In this document: piece by piece, positions 37,336 through 48,200 of the stretch
How positions within the stretch are numbered: the stretch's first letter is position 1
Layout of the letters: every line of letters starts with the position of its first letter
IMG/VR virus record: IMGVR_UViG_3300020469_000055
Span: 1 to 57,266 of that record
Strand: one strand, 5' to 3'
Length of the DNA stretch: 57,266 nucleotides
DNA from: a virus
Lineage: Duplodnaviria > Caudoviricetes
The notes under the pieces: generated by a model
Seen by the model: the letters and a program-made list of their open reading frames with translations, nothing else
The model's database searches: none
What the model was told of the DNA's origin: nothing
Translations under genes and position numbers: made by a program

Positions 37336-37821
37336 TCACTTGCCGATGAAGGACAGGTCGGGCTTGACACCCTTCCGGTGCTTCGAGATCGCATTCGCGA
37401 CCGATCCGACAGTCACACCCGCAGCCGCCGCGATGCGACGACGCTGCCGCTTGCCGATGATCGACTCCATGCGATCATACGCCTCCCACCGGGAGCCGTT
37501 GGACTTCTCGATACACTTCTCCCACACGGCAACATCATCCGTGTGAGTCTCCGGCTCGGGAGCCGGGGCGGGAGCCGGAGCCCCCGTGTGAGCCGCGAGA
37601 GCGGCAGCGACCGCCCGTGCGATCATACCGGCGATGTCCGGTTCGGTGGCCGGAGCCGGAGCCGGAGCGGGAGCCGGAGCCCCGTACGCACCGATCAGAG
37701 TCTTCCCCTTGCGGGCTCGAGACTCATTCCGGGCATGCCCCTCCGCAATCGCGACCGGATCGCCAGCCTTGATCAGGGAGACGAGATCCTTACGGGACAG
37801 CGAGATCATGGAACGCTTCAT
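37336..37821 (-). CDS. First early protein, with PA-repeat linkers and a C-terminal HTH-like segment
   Basis: GAAAGG RBS; two APAPAPAP tracts; RRRIAAAAGVTVGSVANAISKHRK. Confidence 0.75.
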   Translation of the reverse strand: MKRSMISLSRKDLVSLIKAGDPVAIAEGHARNESRARKGKTLIGAYGAPAPAPAPAPATEPDIAGMIARAVAAALAAHTGAPAPAPAPEPETHTDDVAVWEKCIEKSNGSRWEAYDRMESIIGKRQRRRIAAAAGVTVGSVANAISKHRKGVKPDLSFIGK

Positions 37822-37868
37822 ATGCATTACCTTTCGAACGAGGAAAGAAACAGGAATTGACACAAATC

Positions 37869-37897
37869 GGGCGGGGGTGGTCTCCCACCCCCAACCC
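37869..37897 (-). other. GNRA-capped GC-rich hairpin at the 3' end of the leader RNA (attenuator or stabiliser)
   Basis: GGGUUGGGGGUGG-GAGA-CCACCCCCGCCC followed by a U-rich stretch. Confidence 0.6.
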
Positions 37898-37900
37898 AGG

Positions 37901-37952
37901 GTCCGCATTAGAGTCGCGGTAGACTATGTCCGCATTAGAGTCGCGGTAGACT
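37901..37952. repeat. Perfect 25-bp tandem direct repeat (period 27)
   Basis: GTCCGCATTAGAGTCGCGGTAGACT at 37901-37925 and 37928-37952. Confidence 0.95.
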
Positions 37953-37954
37953 TG

Positions 37955-38651
37955 TGATGCCCCATCCGACCCGAGCATCATAGGTCCGGGATTCCAACCC
38001 CGTCGTTAAACGTATGAGACTCGATCCTCATCCGGTCTTCGGCTACTGCGATCCCCGATGATCGAGGCGAGAGTAGCATACTAGGCGGATGGACGGTAGT
38101 CGCATCATCATACGCTAGAATCATAGTTCGCCGATCATGCGTGGGGGCATAGGCCCTATCTCCTGTCCGCTCGCAACCACACCCCCAACATTCCCGATGG
38201 CACCATTCCGTGCCGAATCGGTTCCGCATACCTCGACGGCTCCGGAGGGTATGGGCGTACCATGATCCCGCCGATGGGCGTCGAGCGAAGTGTAGTATTG
38301 AGCGACCATTCATGGAGTGATACCGTGCCGGTCCCACTACCTGATCGAATTGAAGAATCCACCAACCCGCACCCATCGGTATACTACATCCGGTTCTGGT
38401 AAGGAAACGCTATCTGGTCGGTATCGGGAGTACCCTCCCGATACCTACAGCATAGGTATGATTCGAATCCTAGTCCGCCCGGTCGCATGATGCGAAAGGA
38501 AGCAGAGTCGAGTCTTCAACTGATTCGTGCGGGACTTTCTTCAGTGGCTCGGATCCCCTTCGACGGATCCCTTTGTAACCAATCCCGTGCCCCATTGCAC
38601 GAATTCGCTTGGATGTCGGACGAAGAGAAGGTACCAGATCCGGATTCGTAG
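37955..38651 (-). ncRNA. Large multi-domain structured RNA candidate (~700 nt)
   Basis: Four abutting domains, each closed by a long-range helix; mismatches are largely G-U on the minus strand; no credible protein-coding ORF. Confidence 0.65.
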
Positions 38652-38920
38652 GCTTGCTGCTGAAAAAAAGAGAAGAAATGTTGGCCCATCATCCCGGCAA
38701 GTATATCGGACCATCATACCGAAGCGGACCGAGGGGGGCCATGGGGGGTAGATCGTTGTTTGTTTTGTTTTGTGACCCCTTGTAAATTCTCGACCCCCTA
38801 GTCGATTTGGTATTCGTTAGATATGTACACGATTGACACGCCTGGGGGTCCCACCCCTGTTCCGTGGGTACTGTAACCACACGCTTTAGATATCCTAGGG
38901 GTCTATATAGCTTTCCTGCT

Positions 38921-38944
38921 TTCTATACTTTAGTCAATATGGAC
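38921..38944 (-). promoter_or_regulatory. Phage RNAP promoter, copy 3 (near the inferred genome termini)
   Basis: Identical 24-mer to 16718-16741. Confidence 0.8.
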
Positions 38945-39158
38945 ACATACCATCCATTCATCGGATATATGGATATAGTACAGCCCCGTAGGGCTAGTAA
39001 GTTATAATCTGTAAATCCATTCTAAGGGCCTGAAGTCCTGCCTTCTTGAGCTTGATAAGTGGTTACTCATCTTTCAGCTGAAGGCGTGTCTTAAGGCCCT
39101 GAGAGAGAATCCTATGGCCTCTCAGGGGTTATTGTGATATGGGCCTGTACCTGATATT

Positions 39159-39207
39159 CTCCTTCCCCAAGGCCCCCTCCGAAGAGGGGACCCCAGGGAC
39201 CAAGGAG
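39159..39207 (-). terminator. UUCG-capped long hairpin after the giant virion gene
   Basis: CUCCUU..CCCUGGGGUCCCCUC-UUCG-GAGGGG..CCUUGGGG..AAGGAG; lacks a U-tract. Confidence 0.5.
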
Positions 39208-39208
39208 A

Positions 39209-42200
39209 TTAGTTAAGTCGATCAGCCAAGCCCTCACTGGGAGAGCGTGGGGCTGACGGCTCAGGGCGTTGAAGAAGAGGAGGAGCTTTAGACTCCTGCT
39301 TCTTTTCGACTGGTTCTTCTTCCACGGGAGGCGGATTAGGAATTAATCGATCATCTGGGTAGTCAACTTCACTCCAGCCATGAGGCTGCTGAGCTGATCC
39401 CATCCACTTAATGTAACCTAAATCTTCCAGAGTAGGATGGCTTAGATAAGGAATATTACGACCTGATCCTGCTGTCATTGCAACAGAAGTAGCCTTCATT
39501 CCTTCTCTAAACGGAGCCTTTGAAAGCTGGAACGGTAAAGCATTAAATGGTAAAATTTCTCCAACAGTTTCAGCAACATCTGAAAAGGCAGAGCCTAAGC
39601 GTTTTTCTGCACCCGGACCACCGCCAACATATGATCCAATATTTCCAGCAAATCTAGAAAGACGACCATAAGTTTTCTGTACCATTGCAACAGCAGGGCT
39701 GCTAAATGGCCTAACCGGGAAATTACGCTCAGAGCTTTGCATAGCTCGGAGTACTGTATTGCCTACAATATCTCGCATATAAGGACCTACGCTTCCGAAT
39801 AAAGGACTGGAAAATCCGTAGGTTGCAAGAACTTCAATAACCTTATTCATGTCTGGCATGGTTGTAAGGTTTTCCATTGCTTGCTTTCTACGATCTTCGT
39901 CTTCTTTAAATAGAACCGCCTGAGCATTTCTATTAATATATTCAAAAGCAGTAAGGCTAGTTAAAATACCAGCCGTCATCATGGGTCCGCGAGCACGGAC
40001 ACCATTGCCAACCAGGGCTTGATAAGCCGCCATCGGATAAGACAGCATCTGGAAAAGCATGTCAACCAGAGGGTTCATTCCCTGGAATCGCATGGTGCCA
40101 CGAAGTTCAGGAGACATTTCCTGAGTTACAAACATAATATACTGATTAAGGGAGGGAAGAATAGAATCTTGAACTTTCATTCTATTTCTAGCAATATCAG
40201 AAAATTCTAGAGAAACTACTCCAGAATTAGCATCACTAGATCTCCCAGCAAGAGATTCTCCTAGCTCATTAAGATCAAGCTCTCGTCCAGCGGATCGAGT
40301 GTTTAATCCCGATGCAGACATAAGCTCTTCCATAATTCCAGGTCGAAGTAGTCCTGACTCAGCAGCATACGTCACTAAAGTTTGAGGAATACCCAACTCT
40401 CGAGCAATTCCCTGAATTTGTTTAAGGGTAAGCTCACGACCAGAAATTTCTTTAGAAAGAACAATTAGCTTATCTGAATGCTTAAGCAAAGTAGCTTTTG
40501 CCTGATTAGCCGCAACAGTACGAACAGCATTAGTAACCGGAAGCATGCCAGAAGCAAGACCAGTTAAATCTGCCGTAGCGCCTGTGAATGCTTCTACGCC
40601 ATCAGCCAACCTTTTAAGCCAACTAGGATCAGAATGTCCTTCTTGGGCTAATCCAGATCGAACATTATTTACATGAGTCTTCAACCTTTCGGCGACAGAT
40701 GTCATAAGCTCACCATCTTCCATAGCATCACCACCCGCACCAAACTTAGCCATAGAGCTAGATCTAAGGTTTTGTGTGGAGTATGCTAAGTCCTCAATTG
40801 TTTCTTTCATAATTCGTTTATCTAAGCCAAGAGAAGACATAAACTTTTGAACAGGCTTATACTTAACAGCTTCACCTCTAGCAGCATCTAATAGCGAGCC
40901 AGTAATGATTCCGGTATTTCGGATTAGCTTAAATGGATTTAATCCAGAAGTACGAAGAATAGTCATAGGAACTTCAACAAACAGAACCGACATTGCAAAC
41001 TTTGCTCCAAGAATAGAATAAGCAATGTTTTGAGTAATGCGGCTTGCCTGTGAAAACTCACGAGTACGCTGCGGATTAAATCCACGAGCACGTAAGTAAA
41101 GCTCGCGAAGGCTTTCCATATACTGGCTAACCTCACGATCATAATCCCTTTCAGTAATAGTTCGTTTCTTTCCTGTAGTATCGGTCTTAAGATTTAAGGT
41201 AAGAGAATTTTCAATCTCGTCAAACATATCGCTCATTGTTGCTCCCTTAAATCCAAAAAGATCATTAATAGCTTTTTGAATTCGAGTAGATGCAAGATGA
41301 GTATCAGCATACCGAATAATATGTTCCATTGAATTTCCTGCCTCAGCAAACAGGCTTGCTAATTCTTCTCCGCCCTCTCGAATAGAACCATCAGGATTAT
41401 CAAAATCACTAATGTTAAAAGTTCTATGGGGCATTCGAATATCATCAAGAGTTTTAATCTTAATATTTAAGTCACTGGGATTAGCCATATGACTATGCTT
41501 AAAGTTACCACCAGCATGATCAAGATAATCATATGCAGCAACTCTAAGAGGAGCCATAACTTTTCGTCCAACTTGCTCTAATCCTTTCATCCACTGTTCA
41601 GAGAAGATGTCCATATTATCGCCTTTAACGGCACTGGCATATAACTCAGCCAGCGTTCCTTTACCTGCAAGTCGATGGGCCTTATTAAAAGAACCGGCTT
41701 CAACCTGAGCTTCATTCTTTCTAGCAAAGTACTCATCAAGAGCATCAATAATATCAGACGGCTTTTTAGGATCGGGATCATCACCTGCACCGGCAGGAGA
41801 TTTTGGCGGCTTAGAAGGAGGAGCACCATCACCAGCATCAAGAGGCTTACGTGAACGGAAAGTAATTTCACTATTAATTTCATTATAAAGCGTACGCTCT
41901 TTAGAAGAAAGACTTCCTTCTTTACTAAGTTTTGCTTCCAAGCTAGAACCAATTTCAATTAACTCATCATCACTAAGTTCAGCAGGTTTTCTAGGAGCTG
42001 GTCCTTCCATGCTTTTAAATAATGCTTCGTTCGAAATATCATCTCGTTCTAACCTAGCCTGTGCTTCCTCTTCATACCTAGCTCTAAGATCTTTATCGCT
42101 AGGTCTGCGGAAATCTTGATTGTCACCATCAGCTAAACGCTGAGGACCAGTACGTCTGGTTTCAGCAATCTCTTCAGCCCGAAGACGAGCCTGTGCTTCC

Positions 42201-45200
42201 TCTTCATACCTAGCTCTAAGCTCTTTATCACTAGGCCTACGGAAGTCTTGGTCGTCACCATCAGCTAAACGCTGAGGACCAGTACGTCTGGTTTTAGCTG
42301 GGGCTTCGTCCGCAGCCTGCTCAGGAATATCTCCTGAATCCATAGACTTAGTAAGCTCTTGTTCCTGCTGACGAGCTACAAAGTAATCTTTGGCTTCTCG
42401 GGCAAACGAAACACCCTCACCTGGATTAGGCATATCCCAATCTCTAATGTTTTTCATAAACATCATGAGATCATCATAACTATCTACAATTTCATCAAAC
42501 TCTTCTTGGGTCATTCGAGTATAACCAGGAACACCTAAGAATTTAGTATCGGCAGCATTGTCATATTTATTGACAGTAGACTTAAGGGTAGCTTTAGTAT
42601 TACCAGCCGAAGTCTCAGCAATGTCATCAGCTACAGCAGGATGAGTAGTAACAATTTCATCTAGCTCTGCTTCTTCTCGCTGAGCTTTAAGTTTTGCTAA
42701 CTCATTTCTACCAAAAATCTTATCTTTTTCTGAAACTTCATCAACAACAACATTAGTTAATTTTCTAATATTTTTTAAATCAAAAACACCCTCGCTATGA
42801 TTATGGGTTCTAACCTGAGGTTCAGTTAATCCGGTTTCTTCCGCAATAGACGTAACTTGATTGTCTGTTAACTTATAACCACCTCGACCACCTGGCTCAA
42901 GTGTTCCTTCTCTAGATCTAAGAGCATCCATAAACTTTCGAGCATTTATTAATTTAACAGCCGCTTTTTGTGCCTCCGGAGAGGTAGAGTGCAATCCTGA
43001 ATCAATTAATACTGAAAGTTCTTCATCTGCTTCAGATAGATTTCTTAATACAACTTCATCAGATTTTGCAGAGCTTAAACTAATTTCAGCACTTTCGCCT
43101 CTTTCAACAAGCTTAGATCTTCCTGTAATCTGATTAAGCTCTTTTTCCTCAGCATTGGTTAAAGCTTTTCCAGACTTTTTCTTTTCAGATAAAATATCTT
43201 TCCTAGCTTTTTCTTCTTTAGTAATTCTGCTTTTAACTCGAAGTCCTTGTTCATCACCACTAGGACCACGTTTTGCAATAGTAAGAGTTTGATTTTTAAC
43301 TCCATTATTAGCAGCTAAGAAGATTTCATCTTGACTCATACGCCTTCCATTAATAGTAGGCCAAGCTTCGTCCTTAAACAGCTTTGCAAAAAGAACTTCA
43401 GTAAAAGCTTCAAGCTGTTTACTTAGAGTTCCATTTAACTTTCTACCATTAATAAATCTTTCGGTAACAGCATCAAGAGTTTCTTTAAGAAAAACTGGAT
43501 CACTAGCCTGCTCTTCAGTAGGCTCAGCTTGTTTACCGGACTTAGAAAACATTCCCTTAAACTTGCCTTTTTTCGGATCAGCAGGAGTTAAAGTTTTGTC
43601 TTCTTCCGTTACAATAGTTTCGCCCTTTGCTTTGACGGAATCTTCAATATCTGATCGCTTTCCCGAAACAACACGAGAAGGCTGAACCTTTCCGTCTTTA
43701 TCGGTTGTTCGAATCTTTAGAGTAACCTCAGGTTCTTCCTTAGGCTTAACAACCGTAACTTTTTTAGTCGTTGTTGCCGAAGAAGAAGTAGAAGTAGATG
43801 CATTGCTAACATCTCGAGCTTCAGTCGGACGCCAAGCCCGGCGATCAACATCATAATAAATCCTATTATTATCAATAAGATCTTGAATATGCTTTTCCAT
43901 TTCCGCTCGATTAGTTGCAACTAAACCACCGCCCCGCTGAGCGGTAATCATTCTTTCTGTAGAAGAGTCGATATTTGCAGCCCTAGCTTCAGGACCAGTA
44001 ATGGTTTCAAAGTTTCGAATAAACCAACCATTTTCATCTCCTACTCCAGAAGTATTTCGTTCAATTTCTAAAGGACGACCATTTACAGTAGTAACCTGAT
44101 AGGGATCACCATACTCATCTTTCTTTCGTTTAAAGTTAAAAGAAATTTTTTTAGGAGCCGCAGCTTCAGTTGGATCAGCCTCAGCAACCTTAGCCGCAGG
44201 CTTTTCTTCAACTGCCTTAGAAATAGGAGCATCTCTTACTCCAGGATCAACCTTAGTCTCAAGCCTTTGAAGAGTTTCATTGATCGAATCAATCTCTTGT
44301 TCAAGCTTAGTTAGCTGATCTTGAAGATCCACTTCTTTTCCTGCCACTTGAACTTTATTTCTCTTTTCGCTTAACTCCATTAGCTTACTAATTTGACTTT
44401 CATCCATATCATCTGGAGAAAGGTTTTGTAACTTAACAAAAGAATCATATTCTGACTCATTAAGACCACCCCGTCTTGCTAGTTCAAGAGCAAGATTAAG
44501 CTGTTCTTTTTTAGTAATCAATGATTTCTTATCCACAAGATAAGCAGCATCTCCATATTCATCAATCTTTTCTGCTTCAGTAATTCCAAAGGTTCGTTGA
44601 AGACGATCAGCAGGAGCGTCATCGGCAGAAAGATCATACCAGCTTTTAACTCCTGCTTTAATTGCCTTAAACTTTTCTTCTCCTAAAATCTCATAGCCAA
44701 TACTATCAGATTCTTTTTTAAGAATTGAAATATCTCCAATTAGTTTTTTAAAGAACTGACTAAACTTATGAAGAAATTCTTTAAGAGGTCCATTTTTCAT
44801 AGCAAGCTGATTACGTACAAGAGAAATTTCAGCTAAAGCAGCCGCAAACTCATGAACATTTGATAAGGCATATTCTACATTTCCAATACCAGCCCGTTCA
44901 AACAACCGACGAATTTCGTTTTCGCCATTTTTAGTTTGAACAAACAAAGCCTGAATAGTTGCCTGCATTTTTGCTGGAGCAGATAAAAAGCTTAGGTGAG
45001 CAGTTTCATGCACAAGAATTGATGCAACATTAAGAGCATCGCCATATTCAGTTTTTTCAAGCTCACGCAAAAGACTTAATCCAATTGTTCCTCCTTCAAC
45101 AGGACGACCATTGAAATCTTTTGTGCTCCTAGCAATTCCTAAAGTTCCTCCGTCTACAACAGAATCAAGATAAGTAAAAGTCATCCCCATCATTTTATGA

Positions 45201-48200
45201 GGATCAACATCAACAAAAGCCAGCATTACAACTCTAGCGGCATCTTCATCAAGAAAACCTTCTGCAATCAAATTGTCTAGTTTATTCAACAGGGATTCAT
45301 GTCCCTTTGATAATCCAGCATAAGACTCTCGACTAGAAACATACTTTAGCTTTTGATTCTGAGACATAGGCTTGCGCCGAAGTTTTACTTCTCCCGAAAT
45401 CATTTGCTCTCTAACTTCACTAACAATAGCATATCCTCGAACAGCCATTGCATTATCTAAATCTATTAACATATCCTTAATAGTAAATTCAGGATTTTCA
45501 AGATCATACAAAGCTCGTTCTTCAGCAGACATGCCATTTAACTGGTTATATGCTCGACGCATTTGGTTCATAAAAGAATCGGTATCAGCAACAGCATGTG
45601 CTACTCCAGTTGCAGTAGCAGCATCTACTGGATTTCTTCCTAAAGGTAAACCAAAATGATTTCCTCGCATTTCAAAATAATTATCTTGGAGTTTAGTAAT
45701 ATTTCCAGGATCTCGACGAATCCGTTCAATAACACCAAGCGATCTAGCAACCGCAGATCCAGTACCAGCTTCTCCGGTATCTAATCTTTTAAGACCCTCG
45801 TAACCTTCCTTAATTACGCTTTCAGCATACTTAATACTATCCTCTAAGTTTCCAATCCAAAAGGGAGAATCCTCAGGAACAATAAAGGGTTTATTTAAAA
45901 CAGGTTTACCCCCTGCTTCAACAACATCATTCTTTACGATTTTAATAAACCCAAGTGAATTAAGAACGTCTTTATCTAGAGTATTATTACCAGATAAAAG
46001 TTGATTCGTTCGGATTTGAACAAAGCCATCAACAAATTGTTTGGCTCGATCTGCACTTAATCCACCTCGAATCATGTTTGGAATATAACGAGCCGCATTC
46101 GTATTTGCAATAGGAGCACCAGCTTCGGCCATTTCATCCAAAGCTTTCTGCATGAAATTGGTATAAAGCTTTTGTACATTTTTAAGCTCAGTCTTTAGAG
46201 CATTAACATCACCACCAAAAACACGAATCATTTCTTCCGGCAATACGTCTTCATCAATATCCCCGATAAGCTTACCAAGCTGACGAAGCTTAAGAAAAAG
46301 GAAATCAAATTCTTTAAATGAGGGGCCGCCTAAACGAACTTTTAATCCATTGATATAGTTTACATAAGGCAAGGCTTCTCGGGAAGCTCCCTCAACAATT
46401 GCTTCGATTGACATAAAGTCAGTAGAGTTACTGTACACGCGGTTATTAATATGCTGTCCGGTAATAAAGTTTGAAAACCCACGAACAATACGGTTTCGAG
46501 ATCGGAATAATCTAGCCTGTTTAATAGGCCAGTTAACAGCGGCGCTTATGTTTCTTTCAATAAAATCACCAATAGAAGTTCCTTTAAAGATCGTACCAAG
46601 CCACCAACGATCCGTAGATCTTTCTCCAACCTTTAAAGCATCAGGCGACTGACTAAGAATAATTTTATCAACAGCATCCCTCAGCGCATTAGCCTTAAGA
46701 GCACTATTACGAGCCTTAAATGGAATATCATTTAAAACCTGAGCTGATAATCTTTCAAATGCTTCATCAACATCGATATTGATTCCAAGCTTCTTAGCCA
46801 GATCACGATAAATTCCTTTTCGTCGAGTAATTTCCTGGCTAATCTTTTTAGTAAAAGAAGACTCGTCTAATTTTGCGCCAGAAATTTTATTAAACTTTCG
46901 CCTAAGATTAGAACGAAACTTAGTAAAGTTACGGACATTTTGAACAACACCTGCTTCGTTTAAAAACTTACTGACATTAAAGGAGGACTTTACCGCATCA
47001 TATGCTTCAAGACCTTTACCCTCAGCAATTTGTTTAATAGCCTTCTTAATATCAGGATACCTTGCATTTAGTTTTGCAATTTCTTCTGCATTACCTACAA
47101 GCCCCTTATACTCTCGAGTATACTTCATAATCTGTTTGGCAGAAACACCAAGATCTAAAGCAACTCGAATTGCTCTTTCGTTTCGTAAAAGAGAAAAAGC
47201 ATTTTCAACTTTAAGCAAGTCCTGAAGAAAAGAATCTTTTCGAGCTTCAGTTCCTCGAGAAACAATATCATCAAGTCGCTTATTAAAAGCAAGTGTATCT
47301 GCTTCGCTTAGTCGCTTAGAGTTGTTTAGAATTTTTTGAGCACCCCTTAAACTTTTTTCATCGTTGATTCGAGGAATAAGTTTAAGTAGTTGATTTATTT
47401 CAGCTCTAGTTGCAGCAGGTTGACCAGGAATTCCAGAGTCTTTAAGTTTATTTAAAAGAGCTTTAAGAGTTACAGCTTCTTTGTCAGATAAAGCTTGTCG
47501 CCCAGATCCTCCTACAAATCTTTTAGCCGTATCAATTCCCTTAGACTTAAGAGTTCGATCTAGCATATCTAATCTTTGCTGAGCAGTTTCAGCTCCATCA
47601 GAAGCTAAATCCTTAGCTTCTCGGAAAACAGCTTGGATAATAGTATCAAACTCTTCCGTTCCAATTTGCGCACCAGCACCAAGCTTTTTTTGAATTCCAA
47701 AAACTAAGTCAACTGCATCAGCAGAAGAAAGACCATACTTCGCTAAAGTCTCAGAAGAAAATAAATCTTCAATAGTTTCGCTAAGATCTTCGCCTTCTTT
47801 TCGAATAACTAATAAAGGAATCGTTTCAGCTAAAACATCCTTAGCTTCTACTTCTCCTCTATTTAGTCGAATAGCAAGTCCTTGATTTTCAATATTAGAG
47901 AAAATCTGAGCGCCCTCAATTTCAGGAACTGTTGCTTCTCGTTCTGCTAAACGATTGAGGCCACGAACTTTAGCTGCTTCACCTAATGCTCCGGTATCAG
48001 CAACGTAGTCTGTCATGCGAGTAGCAACACGACTAGTACCACGAAAGGCAGGACCAATTCGATTAATCCCACCAGCAATACCAGCACCGCCAATAGCACC
48101 CATACCTCCATAAAGAGCCATGTTAGTATAAACACCTGTAAAGTCTAGCTCGGTTCTAGCACCTTCCATAATCAATGAAGTTTGTCCACCAATAGAAGCT

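Noticed and set aside
37901-37952. CRISPR array
   Set aside because: Only two repeats, 2 nt apart, with no spacers or cas genes.
37978-38376. 132-aa ORF and overlapping ORFs in the leader
   Set aside because: No clear RBS and no recognisable protein motif. Open frames are expected in GC-rich DNA, and RNA structure explains the region better.
38385-38545. RNase P RNA (GAAGAAAGUCC and CAGAACCGG resemble its conserved regions)
   Set aside because: The two segments cannot form P4, and the spacing is too short. An Rfam scan would settle it.
38530-38610. Second hammerhead (GAAU...CUGAAGA)
   Set aside because: No stem II can form. The same bases pair better as a long arm of leader domain 1.
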